Source of the DNA: Herpetosiphon gulosus
GTDB lineage: Bacteria; Chloroflexota; Chloroflexia; Chloroflexales; Herpetosiphonaceae
Assembly: GCF_039545135.1 (NCBI RefSeq)
Contig: NZ_BAABRU010000004.1
Location: 386,427 to 415,016 of the forward strand
Direction: 5' to 3'
Length of the DNA stretch: 28,590 bases
Shown here: positions 7,796-16,861 of the stretch, in pieces
How positions within the stretch are numbered: the first letter of the stretch is position 1
How the letters are laid out: each line of letters starts with the position of its first letter
Position numbers and translations under genes: made by a program
The notes under the pieces: generated by a model
The model's input: the letters and a program-made list of their open reading frames with translations, nothing else
Told to the model about the DNA's origin: nothing
Databases searched by the model: none

Positions 7796-9007
7796 TTGCA
7801 TGTGCAACCGCAAGCGCGTTTTAGCTATTTGGTTTTATCATTTGGAACTCGGCTGATCTTAAGTTGTATTTTTACTGCCTCGATGCTCTATCGGATTCAA
7901 GTGCTCCAGCTCGATCCATTACAACTAGTGCTAGTTGGCACAATGCTTGAGGCCGCCGCCTTTGCCTTGGAAATTCCCACTGGAGTAATCGCTGATGTCT
8001 ATAGTCGGCGTTTGTCGGTCGTGTTGGGAGTAGCCTTTTTGGGCTTAGGAGCGCTCAGCGAGGTTTGGCTGGGCAGTTTTGTTGGTAGTTTGTTGGCGCA
8101 AGTTATTTGGGCCTTGGGCTATACCCTCATGAGCGGCGCGACCGAAGCTTGGATCACCGATGAGCTCGGAGTTGAAGCGGTTGAAGCGTTGTTTCTCAAG
8201 GCCGCCCAACTCAACAGCATCGCCAGCCTATTTGGCATCGGGCTGGGGGTGGTGTTGGCAAATCTTGGCTTGGTATGGCCGATAGTCAGCGGTGGTATAG
8301 CCTTGGTTGGTTTAGCTATCACTATACGTTGGTTCATGCCAGAAACCCAGTTTAGCCCTGCGCCAGCTGCTGAACGCCAAAGTTGGGGCCGCTTTGGCGC
8401 AACCTTCAGCAATGGTTGGCAAGCGGTACGGGGGCAACCAGTATTATTGAGTCTCATGCTGATGAGTGCCATGGCCGGAGCAGCTTCCGAGGGCTACGAT
8501 CGGCTGTGGGAAGCGCATTTGCTCAACAATATTGGCCTACCAGCATGGCTTGATCTCCAGCCAGTTACCTGGTTTGGGGCGATTGCTGCCTTAGGAACTT
8601 TAGCTAGTTTGTTGGCGGTTAGTGTGATTAAACGCTTGGCCAGCAACACCACCGAGCGCAGTATTTGGCTATTGCGTTGGCAATATGGCTTGTTGGCAGT
8701 GGGCTTGATTGGCTTGGCGATCGCCCAACAATTTATCATAGCTTTATTTTGGATTATGCTGATTCGAATGCTGCGCCAAAGCATTCAACCGCTGTATAGT
8801 GCTTGGCTCAATCGGCTGATTGAAAGTCGCAGCCGTGCGACAATTATTTCGATCAATAGCCAAGCTGATGCCTTTGGCCAGATTTTGGGCGGCCCAATCA
8901 TTGGTTTAATCGCTAGTCGCATGGGACTCCCCGCAGCGTTTGTGGCAGCAAGTTGCTGTTTATGGCCAATGTTGGTGTTATTACGACGGAGGCAACTAAA
9001 CCGCTAA
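7796..9007 (+). CDS. MFS transporter
   Basis: About 12 predicted hydrophobic spans with the MFS loop motif 'ADVYSRRLSV' between TM2 and TM3. The track ORF starts at TTG 7796. GTG 7802 (AGGAG at 7791-7795, 6-nt spacer) is the more plausible start. Confidence 0.8.
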   Translation: MHVQPQARFSYLVLSFGTRLILSCIFTASMLYRIQVLQLDPLQLVLVGTMLEAAAFALEIPTGVIADVYSRRLSVVLGVAFLGLGALSEVWLGSFVGSLLAQVIWALGYTLMSGATEAWITDELGVEAVEALFLKAAQLNSIASLFGIGLGVVLANLGLVWPIVSGGIALVGLAITIRWFMPETQFSPAPAAERQSWGRFGATFSNGWQAVRGQPVLLSLMLMSAMAGAASEGYDRLWEAHLLNNIGLPAWLDLQPVTWFGAIAALGTLASLLAVSVIKRLASNTTERSIWLLRWQYGLLAVGLIGLAIAQQFIIALFWIMLIRMLRQSIQPLYSAWLNRLIESRSRATIISINSQADAFGQILGGPIIGLIASRMGLPAAFVAASCCLWPMLVLLRRRQLNR

Positions 9008-9034
9008 TAAATTAAAATTATTCGGCCTAAATCG

Positions 9035-9077
9035 ATCAGCCATGTGTGTAGTTCGCTGCACCATGGCTGATTTTTTT
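9035..9077 (+). terminator. Rho-independent terminator of the MFS gene
   Basis: Stem 'ATCAGCCATG' / 'CATGGCTGAT' (10 bp, 17-nt loop) followed by TTTTTTT, then 'AATTTTT'. Confidence 0.7.
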
Positions 9078-9222
9078 AATTTTTAGCGCCCACTAAAAAC
9101 CCAACAACTAAATAACAACTAAATAATTGTCGCATACGTGTCGCATGCCATTCACGGGATTGTCGCGCTGAGAAAGCGAAGCTGAGTTCAGTTCCAAATT
9201 GAACCAGCTTAGGAGGCTCCCA

Positions 9223-9681
9223 GTGTACAATTCATCAACGATTAGCCGCCGCATCGCTCTCGCCTTCGTTACCTTCGGCCTGATTTTTGCCAGTTTTGTT
9301 TACACTGCCCTCACAAGCAGCCAAATACCTCAATTTGATACACCAGCCGCCGCCAACACCGCTTGGCAATGGGGCGACATCGAAGGCATTACCGTCACCC
9401 AACAACTGCAAACTGCCCCACTCAACACCGCTTGGCAATGGGGCGACATCGAAGGCATTACCGTCACCCAGCAACTGCAAACCGCCCCGCTCAACACTGC
9501 TTGGCAATGGGGCGACATCGAAGGCATTACCGTCACCCAGCAACTGCAAACCGCCCCACTCAACACCGCTTGGCAATGGGGCGATATCGAAGGTATTACG
9601 GTCACCCAGCAACTACAAACCGCTCCACTCAACACCGCTTGGCAATGGGGCAACATCGAATCAAGCAAAGGGATGCTTTAG
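9223..9681 (+). CDS. Small secreted/membrane-anchored protein made of five tandem 23-aa repeats 'TAWQWGDIEGITVTQQLQTAPLN'
   Basis: AGGAGG at 9211-9216 lies 6 nt before GTG 9223. The track's TTG 9199 is in the same frame. The N-terminus 'ISRRIALAFVTFGLIFASFVYTALTSS' is a signal/anchor. It is followed by 4.4 copies of a 69-bp unit. Confidence 0.6.
   Translation: MYNSSTISRRIALAFVTFGLIFASFVYTALTSSQIPQFDTPAAANTAWQWGDIEGITVTQQLQTAPLNTAWQWGDIEGITVTQQLQTAPLNTAWQWGDIEGITVTQQLQTAPLNTAWQWGDIEGITVTQQLQTAPLNTAWQWGNIESSKGML
9355..9661 (+). repeat. 69-bp near-perfect tandem repeat (about 4.4 copies), in-frame inside the CDS
   Basis: The unit 'AACACCGCTTGGCAATGGGGCGACATCGAAGGCATTACCGTCACCCA(A/G)CAACTGCAAAC(T/C)GCCCC(A/G)CTC' differs only at a few synonymous positions between copies. 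Confidence 0.9.
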
Positions 9682-9700
9682 TTGAAGAGGAGAACGCGGC

Positions 9701-10333
9701 ATGGATACAACAACCTTTCCTGAATTTTGGCACTCCATCCCGCGTGACATTGCCGCTTTGATGCCAAACTCACCTGAATTAGCCTATGATGCCCATTTGA
9801 TCTTAAATTCGATCGCTCGCCATTCACATGAACTGTATCAACATTCGCTGCGGGTTGGCCACATGGCTTGGCATATGAGCCATAGCCTCGGCTTACCAAC
9901 CTATGAACGACAACAAATTTGGTTGGCAGCCCTGTTGCATGATTGTGGCAAAACCCGCATGCCGCGCAGTCTATTGTTCCGGCCAGCAGCAAACAGCCCA
10001 GTTTGGGAAGTTGCGCTCTATCAACAGCATGTCAACGAAGGCATTGAGGTATTACGCGCTTATCCCACCCTGCACTTGCTAATTCCCTTAGTGGCTGAGC
10101 ATCACGAACGGATCGACGGCACAGGCTTTCCACGTGGCAGCAAATACCCTGCCCGTAGCGCCCAAATTGTGGCGTTGGCCAATACGCTCGACCATTTGCG
10201 CACCCAACCAAACAGCCTTAGCCCCAATCTGCAAGGCTTAATCGATCAAGCAATTGATCAAGATTGGGATTCAGCAGTGGCCGCGACGGCGCTTAGTGCT
10301 TGGCAGCAAACGAAACTGGCTGAGGTTGGATAA
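9701..10333 (+). CDS. Stand-alone HD-GYP-like domain protein (variant 'GFP' instead of 'GYP')
   Basis: The HD metal motif 'ALLHDCGK' and 'EHHERIDGTGFPRG' correspond to the HD-GYP signature HHExxDGxGYP. It is 210 aa with no receiver or sensor domain. ATG at 9701. Confidence 0.7.
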   Translation: MDTTTFPEFWHSIPRDIAALMPNSPELAYDAHLILNSIARHSHELYQHSLRVGHMAWHMSHSLGLPTYERQQIWLAALLHDCGKTRMPRSLLFRPAANSPVWEVALYQQHVNEGIEVLRAYPTLHLLIPLVAEHHERIDGTGFPRGSKYPARSAQIVALANTLDHLRTQPNSLSPNLQGLIDQAIDQDWDSAVAATALSAWQQTKLAEVG

Positions 10334-11141
10334 TTGTCTCTTGCCACTCGGCGGCTTGTTGTCGCAAGCGACTCCGCACCAAGGCCAAGGCATCAGCCGA
10401 TTGATCTGCCGCAATCCAGCATCGCCCTAAACGTTGGGCCACCGCCGCCGTCGTGCCTGAACCACAACAAAGATCGGCTACCAGATCGCCCGAATTGCTT
10501 GCTGCGAGAATAATTCGCTCCAGCAAGCGTTCGGGCTTTTGGGTAGGGTAGCCCAAACGCTCGGCAGCCATGGGGTTGAGCATCGGAATATCCCAAACAT
10601 CATCGACGGGAGTGCCATCGGGATGCGGCAAATAACGCTTGCCAGCCGCCGAACGAATGCCTGCCTTGGCAAAACCACTACTGGCTTTATATGGTTGGCG
10701 CATCGCTTGCAAATTAAACGTCCAATGCTGCGGATGTTTGCTATACCACAAAATCGTATCGTGTTTATGCGAAAAGCTGCGCCGCGCTCGCCCGCCGCCG
10801 GTGTAATGCCAAATAATTTCGTTGCGAAAACACTCAAAGCCCCAAGTATGATCGAGCAACACTTTGGCATAATGCACCGCCCGCCGATCAAGGTGCAAAA
10901 ATAATGAGCCATGCTCAGCGACAATTTGGCGAGCAGCCAGCAAACGTTGCTCAAGCCAGGCCAAATATTCAGTTAAGCCACCTTGCCAGCGATCATCAAA
11001 AGCTCCAGCGCTATCGGCAAACACCCGACCAGCAGCAAACGGCGGATCAAGATACAACAGATCGATCGATTGGGGCGCGATTGAGCCGATAACATCGAAC
11101 ATTTCGCCTTGAATAAGCTGATTTGGTTGCTGCGAATTCAC
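10293..11141 (-). CDS. Beta-class N6-adenine/N4-cytosine DNA methyltransferase (N6_N4_Mtase family)
   Basis: Motif IV 'LDPPFAAG' lies near the N-terminus and AdoMet motif I 'DLCCGSGTTAAVA' near the C-terminus. This is the beta-class order IV...I. GTG start at 11141. The 3' end overlaps the convergent HD-GYP gene by about 41 nt. Confidence 0.85.
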   Translation of the reverse strand: MNSQQPNQLIQGEMFDVIGSIAPQSIDLLYLDPPFAAGRVFADSAGAFDDRWQGGLTEYLAWLEQRLLAARQIVAEHGSLFLHLDRRAVHYAKVLLDHTWGFECFRNEIIWHYTGGGRARRSFSHKHDTILWYSKHPQHWTFNLQAMRQPYKASSGFAKAGIRSAAGKRYLPHPDGTPVDDVWDIPMLNPMAAERLGYPTQKPERLLERIILAASNSGDLVADLCCGSGTTAAVAQRLGRCWIAADQSADALALVRSRLRQQAAEWQETIIQPQPVSFAAKH

Positions 11142-11157
11142 GCCTAGCCCTTCTAAA

Positions 11158-11922
11158 CTATGCTAATGATTGAATCAACAAATTGGCCAAGCGTTCGCGA
11201 CTGGTCGTTTCAAGTTGATAGAGATCTTGCTCAATATTGGTTTGGGTCATCAGCAAGCCATGGTGGCCTGCCTGCAATAAACTATATTCACGGCTCAACA
11301 CCTGCTGGCCTTGATACAGCACTGCATTGAAAATCGTGGTGGTATGCGGCTGGCTCAGCAGTTCGATCAAGCGGATGGCTGCTTCAGCGGAAACACCTGA
11401 ATTGCCCAAAGCTTGCAGGGCTGCTTGCTCCTCGCTTTGTTCAACTAAGCTACGGGCTTCGGCCAAAACATTGCTTTGAATATGGAAGCGCAAACTTAAC
11501 TCCGCACTTCCCGCATAGCCACACCAATCGAGGCTGTAATTTGCTAGCTGCTCCAACGAACCAAAGGCCTGCAAGCGCTGCATATCAGAATTGAGCAGCT
11601 CGTGGAAAACCACCGAATCGGCGTGTTTATGCCCAAATGCCTGCAACACCGACCCATTCCCTTGCACATGATGGATGATCAAACTGCGTTGGGGGTAAGC
11701 ACAGGTTGCGACCAAAGCCAGCGGGTCGCGGGCGATCATCAACATGCCATCTTGATCAGATTGAGCAAGCTGGCGTTGGCGTAATGCAGCTTCGCCAAGC
11801 TGGATTAATTGAGCATGCTCAGCAGGATTTTGAGCTGGGGCAACTCCCATAATGCTTGCTGCACTAACCACAGCACAAATTGTCACAATTTCAGCGCGGC
11901 TTAACTCAACCACTGTGTGCAT
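11158..11922 (-). CDS. Hypothetical protein, co-transcribed upstream of the methyltransferase
   Basis: A long ORF with no recognisable motifs. GGAGG lies 5 nt upstream of ATG 11922. The track start, TTG 11934, is in frame. Its stop is 16 nt before the MTase start. Confidence 0.5.
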   Translation of the reverse strand: MHTVVELSRAEIVTICAVVSAASIMGVAPAQNPAEHAQLIQLGEAALRQRQLAQSDQDGMLMIARDPLALVATCAYPQRSLIIHHVQGNGSVLQAFGHKHADSVVFHELLNSDMQRLQAFGSLEQLANYSLDWCGYAGSAELSLRFHIQSNVLAEARSLVEQSEEQAALQALGNSGVSAEAAIRLIELLSQPHTTTIFNAVLYQGQQVLSREYSLLQAGHHGLLMTQTNIEQDLYQLETTSRERLANLLIQSLA

Positions 11923-12031
11923 ACCAACCTCCAACGATCAATAAAGCTCACTCCATTGTAACGGCAAAATGGCTACGGCCATGCTAAAATGCGCTGAGCA
12001 TGCGACTCAACTAATACAAGGAGATGGTTTG

Positions 12032-12799
12032 ATGCAATTGACAATTTTGGGCTGTGGTGGCTCGATGGGCGTGCCAATGTTGGCCTGCAACTGCGCAGTC
12101 TGCACATCAACTGAGCCACGCAACCAGCGAACCCGCACCGCTGCCTTGATTCAAAGCCCAACCACAACAATGTTGATCGATCCTGGCCCAGATTTGCGGA
12201 TTCAAGGCTTGCGCCATAATTTACAGCAGCTTGATGCAGTTTTAGTAACCCATCCACATCAAGACCATATTGGCGGCATCGACGATTTGCGGCCATTTAC
12301 CTTGCATACCCAACGGATCTTGCCGCTGTATGCCAATCAATTTACCCTTGATCGGATTCGCTACCAATATGATTATGCCTTTGCTAGCGGCGAATCGGCT
12401 TCAACTCGCCCGAGCTTGGGCTTAAATTTGCTTGATGGCTCAGCATTGCAGATTGGCGATGTGTCGATTATTCCCTTGCCGATTGAGCATGGCGATTGGC
12501 AGATTTTGGGCTTTCGGATTGGCGATTTGGCCTATATGACTGATGTGAGCCATATTCCCGAGCCAACCTTTGAGCTGTTGCATGGCGTAAAGAGCCTGAT
12601 TATCGGGGCATTGCGCCACGAGCCACACCCCTTGCATTTTACAGTGGAGCAAGCACTTGCGGCAGTTGCACGAATTCAGCCTGAGCAGGCATTTTTTGTG
12701 CATATGAGCCATAGCCTTGATTACACCACTGAGCATGCCACGCTGCCCAGCCATGTGCAACTCGCCTATGATGGCTTGGTGTTGTCAATTGGAGAATGA
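12032..12799 (+). CDS. MBL-fold metallo-hydrolase (PhnP/YhfI-like)
   Basis: 'LTILGCGGSMGVP', 'LIDPGPD' and 'VLVTHPHQDHIGGIDDL' carry the metallo-beta-lactamase HxHxDH motif. AAGGAGA lies 7 nt before ATG 12032. The track ORF from 11969 is in the same frame. Confidence 0.75.
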   Translation: MQLTILGCGGSMGVPMLACNCAVCTSTEPRNQRTRTAALIQSPTTTMLIDPGPDLRIQGLRHNLQQLDAVLVTHPHQDHIGGIDDLRPFTLHTQRILPLYANQFTLDRIRYQYDYAFASGESASTRPSLGLNLLDGSALQIGDVSIIPLPIEHGDWQILGFRIGDLAYMTDVSHIPEPTFELLHGVKSLIIGALRHEPHPLHFTVEQALAAVARIQPEQAFFVHMSHSLDYTTEHATLPSHVQLAYDGLVLSIGE

Positions 12800-12881
12800 G
12801 ACTTTTTGATCACGAAATGAGACTTTTGCTCAGCGTCGCGATGCTATGCTACAGCCATCGGAATCAAGAAGGAGTGTAGCA

Positions 12882-14237
12882 ATGCAACGACAAACTCGCC
12901 AACTTTGGCGCTCGACGCTGAGCCTGTTAGGAACGATTGGATTAATCGCTAGTAGTTTTTCAATCACCACCAGTTCAACTTCGGCCCAAACCAGCAGTAG
13001 TGCCCAACCATGTTTGAGTGGTGATCCATTCCAACTGGCCGCGCTCAAAACCAAGCTTAGCCAAGCTAATCCACCCAGCGGCGTTCAACGAGTCAATCGC
13101 ACCTTGACGGTCGAATTTATTACCACTGGGGTGCTAACCGACGAAGCCCCAACCTTGCCAGTGTTGCCAGCAGAAGTTGGCGATGATGAGCCATACGAAC
13201 GTGATCCTGTTCCTGCTTCAACTGCCACCTTCCGCGTGTTCAACACCCTAACCTTGAACGAATTTCGGGTGGTGATGCAAGCGAGCACGGTCGGCACAAT
13301 TCGCGATTGCTACGAGCGCAACGATTTGCTCAATGGCAAAATACCCACCGATTACATTGGCGATATTGATGCCCCGCCACCACCGCAACGTAGCAAGCAA
13401 ACCGAAGTGTTCACGCCATTTGGTTGGAGCAATGCCGATGATAACCGTGAATTAAAAACCAACCATACCCAATTTCCATTACGCACAATCAGCCAATTTT
13501 CGCGGGTGAGCGGCAACCAAGATTCCAACTGTACTGGCACCTTTGTTGGGCCACGTCACTTAATTACGGCGGCACATTGTATCAATCGTGAAGCAACGAA
13601 TGTTTGGTTTACCACCAAAGTCACGCCTGCTCGCAATGGCACGGGTACTGGCTCAGCGCCCTATGGCTCAAGTGTAATCATGCCTGATCCAGAACCACCA
13701 GTCGAATCATGGTATTGGACCTTTGAGGAATGGCGCAACCCGAACCAAAGCAATCGTACTCGTTGGGACATTGGAATGATCGTCGTGCCTAATCGTTTGG
13801 GTGATACCACTTCATGGATGGGCGTTGCTCCACGCACAGCAACCTATTTGAAGAATACAACCAGCTATAATCGTGGCTACCCCAACTGTAATGGCGATGG
13901 AGCGACTCGTGGCAATGCTCCAGCTGGCTGTCAAGTAGCGCGAATGTATGGTGATCCCGGCAATTGTGGCGCACGCTGGTTCAAGAATTTAGATGGTGCT
14001 GGTTGGTCGATGCGCTACGATGTCAAATGTGATGCTAGCGCTGGCCATAGTGGCAGCCCAGTTTATCATTACGAATACAGCGCTCATCACGGCAAAGATA
14101 TTCCAGTTGTGTCAGCAGTGATTATCACCGAAGAATGTTTCACCTGTTCAAATCTGAATTCATATGTCAATACGGTGCGCCGCGTAACGCCTTCAGTCAT
14201 CGACAACTACGTCGCCTTACGCGAAATCTTCAACTAG
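12882..14237 (+). CDS. Secreted trypsin-like (S1/PA clan) serine protease with an N-terminal propeptide
   Basis: Signal peptide 'MQRQTRQLWRSTLSLLGTIGLIASSFSITTSSTSAQ'. Catalytic His is in 'LITAAHCI', Asp in 'RWDIGMIVV' and Ser in 'GHSGSPVY'. AAGGAG lies 7 nt before ATG 12882. Confidence 0.8.
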   Translation: MQRQTRQLWRSTLSLLGTIGLIASSFSITTSSTSAQTSSSAQPCLSGDPFQLAALKTKLSQANPPSGVQRVNRTLTVEFITTGVLTDEAPTLPVLPAEVGDDEPYERDPVPASTATFRVFNTLTLNEFRVVMQASTVGTIRDCYERNDLLNGKIPTDYIGDIDAPPPPQRSKQTEVFTPFGWSNADDNRELKTNHTQFPLRTISQFSRVSGNQDSNCTGTFVGPRHLITAAHCINREATNVWFTTKVTPARNGTGTGSAPYGSSVIMPDPEPPVESWYWTFEEWRNPNQSNRTRWDIGMIVVPNRLGDTTSWMGVAPRTATYLKNTTSYNRGYPNCNGDGATRGNAPAGCQVARMYGDPGNCGARWFKNLDGAGWSMRYDVKCDASAGHSGSPVYHYEYSAHHGKDIPVVSAVIITEECFTCSNLNSYVNTVRRVTPSVIDNYVALREIFN

Positions 14238-14260
14238 CACACTCAACCATCCACAACAAA

Positions 14261-14287
14261 GCCCGCTGCAACTCGTGCAGCGGGCTG
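14261..14287. terminator. Bidirectional hairpin terminator between the protease gene (+) and the small ORF (-)
   Basis: Perfect 11-bp stem 'AGCCCGCTGCA'-ACTCG-'TGCAGCGGGCT'. It lies about 25 nt after the protease stop and about 7 nt after the - strand ORF stop. Confidence 0.65.
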
Positions 14288-14293
14288 TTGGCA

Positions 14294-14485
14294 TTATTGG
14301 CGACCTTCTTTTTTGCGCTGACGATGATATTTCGCCATTGCCCGACCCCATTCTTTAGCCTTTTGTTGGCGCGGATTGGGCGGTGGGCGATCATCATTTT
14401 TGCGTTCGCGGCGCTCAGCTATTTCTTCAGTTTCTTGGTCTTCCAACCACTCTTCATTCAAATAATCGCGTGTTTGGCCTTTCAT
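14294..14485 (-). CDS. Small highly charged hypothetical protein (63 aa, acidic N-half and basic C-half)
   Basis: 'MKGQTRDYLNEEWLEDQETEEIAERRERKNDDRPPPNPRQQKAKEWGRAMAKYHRQRKKEGRQ'. GAGGAG lies about 9 nt upstream of the ATG. A terminator hairpin follows immediately downstream. Confidence 0.35.
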   Translation of the reverse strand: MKGQTRDYLNEEWLEDQETEEIAERRERKNDDRPPPNPRQQKAKEWGRAMAKYHRQRKKEGRQ

Positions 14486-14751
14486 GGCGACAGCGTACTC
14501 CTCAATAGAAATTGATTCCGCAACGACGAGCGCTACGGGGAGCCTGCCCCAGGGCCGATGTTAAATTAGGCTATCGTGCCCCAGCTACTTATAGCTCCCC
14601 ATTTGAGAACACAATTACAGCAGCCATATGCACCCTCCTTGATTTCAAAATGTCATCTGGTCGATAGTGTAAATAGCATACCAATTTTTTGGCTCCATCG
14701 CAAGACTGAGTTTTAGTCAAAAAGGTGTTAACTTGCCTACCCTAATTAACC

Positions 14752-14788
14752 AAAAAACCACCCCTATGACCTAGCATAGAGGTGGTTT
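14752..14788 (-). terminator. dnaK rho-independent terminator
   Basis: On the - strand the hairpin 'CCACCTCTATG'-CTAGGT-'CATAGGGGTGG' (one mismatch) is followed by TTTTTTGG. It lies about 20 nt downstream of the dnaK stop. Confidence 0.75.
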
Positions 14789-14806
14789 GAGCCAAGCGAG
14801 CACGGT

Positions 14807-16687
14807 TTATTCGACGGTGAACTCACCATCAACTACACCATCATCAGCGGACTTAGCGTTGGCAGGTGCGCCCGCAGCAGCAGCTTGGTCGCTGTACTGA
14901 GCTTCGCCAATGCTCATCAAGGTTTGTTGCAAGGTAGCCATTGCAGCTTGAATCCCAGCATCATCCTCGGCGGCAATCTTCGAGCGCAAGTCGGCAATTT
15001 GAGCTTCGGCTTGGCTCTTGACACTTGGGTCAACCTTATCGCCTAAGTCGTTGAGCGTTTTTTCGGCTTGATAGGCAATATTATCAGCTTGGTTTTTCAG
15101 CTCAATCTTGGCACGGCGAGCTTGGTCGGCTGAAGCATTCGATTCAGCATCACGCACCATCTTTTGCACATCGTCTTTGCTCAGGTTGGTGCTAGCAGTA
15201 ATCGTGATCTTTTGCTCTTTGTTGGTGGCCTTATCTTTGGCCGAAACGTTGATAATGCCATTGGCATCGATATCAAAAGTCACTTCGATTTGCGGCACAC
15301 CACGTGGTGCAGGCGTAATTCCTTGCAATTGGAAGCGAGCCAAAGTCATGTTATCGCCAGCCATCTCGCGTTCGCCCTGCAAAACGTGAATATCAACCGC
15401 AGTTTGGCCATCAGCCGCCGTGCTAAATACTTCCGATTTGCGGGTTGGGATGGTGGTGTTGCGATCAATCAACTTGGTCATAATCCCACCAAGGGTTTCA
15501 ACGCCCAACGACAATGGCGTTACGTCGAGCAAGAGCACATCTTTAACTTCGCCGCCCAACACACCAGCTTGGATGGCTGCGCCAATTGCCACGACTTCAT
15601 CAGGGTTCACACCCTTGTGTGGATCTTTGCCCGTCAGTTTGCGTACCAATTCTTGCACCACTGGCATCCGAGTTGAACCACCGACCAAGACCACTTCATC
15701 AATTTGGGTGGCCTTCAAGCCAGCATCCTTGAGCGCTTGAGTGAATGGCCCTTTGAGCCGTTCGGTCAAATCGGCGGTCAATTGCTCGAACTTCGAACGG
15801 GTCAAGTTGGTGACCAAGTGCTTGGGTCCGCTAGCATCTGCCGTGATAAAGGGCAAGTTGATTTCGGTTTCCATGGTCGTCGAGAGTTCCATCTTGGCTT
15901 TTTCAGCAGCTTCTTTCAAGCGTTGCAAGGCTTGCTTGTCGCTGGTAAGGTCAATACCTTGATCTTTTTTATACTCGTCAATCAACCACTTCACAATCCG
16001 ATGGTCATAGTCATCGCCGCCAAGGTGGGTATCGCCATTGGTGGCCTTGACCTGAATCACGCCATCGCCAACTTCGAGCACTGAAACGTCGAATGTACCA
16101 CCACCAAGGTCGAAGACCAAAATCGTTTCATCGTTCTTTTTATCAAGACCATAGGCCAAAGCGGCAGCAGTTGGCTCGTTGATAATCCGCAGCACTTCCA
16201 AACCTGCAATTTGGCCAGCATCTTTGGTTGCTTGGCGTTGGGCATCGTTGAAATAGGCTGGAACGGTAATCACCGCTTGGCGTACAGGCTCGCCCAAATA
16301 TTGTTCAGCATCGTTTTTGAGCTTTTGCAAGGTCATAGCTGAAATTTCTTGAGGAGTGTAATCTTTGCCAGTGCGTGGAACCCGCACCCGAGCATCGCCA
16401 CGTGGGCCATTGACAATTTCGTATGGAACGGTGCTACGTTCTTGATTTGCTTTATCAAACTCCAAGCCCATAAAGCGCTTGATTGAGAAAATGGTATTTT
16501 CAGGGTTGACAGTTGCTTGCCGCTTGGCAGTTTGCCCAACCAATCGTTCGCCGTTTTTCGAGAAGGCCACAACTGATGGTGTGGTGCGACCACCTTCAAC
16601 GTTTGCAATAACCGCTGGATCGCCACCTTCCATAACAGCGACTACCGAGTTGGTTGTCCCCAAGTCGATCCCTACAATCTTTGCCAT
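14807..16687 (-). CDS. dnaK: Molecular chaperone DnaK (Hsp70)
   Basis: '[18 protein letters not shown]', '[10 protein letters not shown]', '[13 protein letters not shown]' and the C-terminal lid match DnaK. It is full length at 626 aa. Confidence 0.97.
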   Translation of the reverse strand: MAKIVGIDLGTTNSVVAVMEGGDPAVIANVEGGRTTPSVVAFSKNGERLVGQTAKRQATVNPENTIFSIKRFMGLEFDKANQERSTVPYEIVNGPRGDARVRVPRTGKDYTPQEISAMTLQKLKNDAEQYLGEPVRQAVITVPAYFNDAQRQATKDAGQIAGLEVLRIINEPTAAALAYGLDKKNDETILVFDLGGGTFDVSVLEVGDGVIQVKATNGDTHLGGDDYDHRIVKWLIDEYKKDQGIDLTSDKQALQRLKEAAEKAKMELSTTMETEINLPFITADASGPKHLVTNLTRSKFEQLTADLTERLKGPFTQALKDAGLKATQIDEVVLVGGSTRMPVVQELVRKLTGKDPHKGVNPDEVVAIGAAIQAGVLGGEVKDVLLLDVTPLSLGVETLGGIMTKLIDRNTTIPTRKSEVFSTAADGQTAVDIHVLQGEREMAGDNMTLARFQLQGITPAPRGVPQIEVTFDIDANGIINVSAKDKATNKEQKITITASTNLSKDDVQKMVRDAESNASADQARRAKIELKNQADNIAYQAEKTLNDLGDKVDPSVKSQAEAQIADLRSKIAAEDDAGIQAAMATLQQTLMSIGEAQYSDQAAAAGAPANAKSADDGVVDGEFTVE

Positions 16688-16861
16688 AGCGGTTAATCCT
16701 CCAAAAAATGTGTTTATTGATATGTCTAATTGGTTTGTATTGTTATTGGAACAGGCGTTGCATCGCTGCCCGACCTGTGTATGGAGTATAGCCGATCATC
16801 CACTAGAACAATATAGATGGAGTGTTAGTTTTGTGTAAGAGATGATTAACAAGGAGTAAAT

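Noticed and set aside
9355-9661. Regular direct repeats that could superficially look like a CRISPR array
   Set aside because: The units abut each other with no spacers. The period is 69 bp and in-frame within a CDS. There is no leader and no cas genes.
9235-9761. Several overlapping ORFs on both strands (125, 132, 112 and 132 aa) with their own internal repeats across the 69-bp tandem repeat
   Set aside because: They are artefacts of the tandem repeat, which keeps every frame open. Only the + frame starting at 9223 has an SD, a signal peptide and a sensible repeat unit.
12800-12845. Direct repeat 'ATGAGACTTTT' x2 between the MBL hydrolase and protease genes
   Set aside because: It is short and could be chance. 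It is a possible promoter or operator, but I cannot support a specific call.
16688-16860. Expected CIRCE (HrcA) operator upstream of dnaK, or heat-shock sigma32-type promoter
   Set aside because: No TTAGCACTC-N9-GAGTGCTAA-like inverted repeat is found upstream of dnaK or htpG. I cannot assign a promoter confidently.
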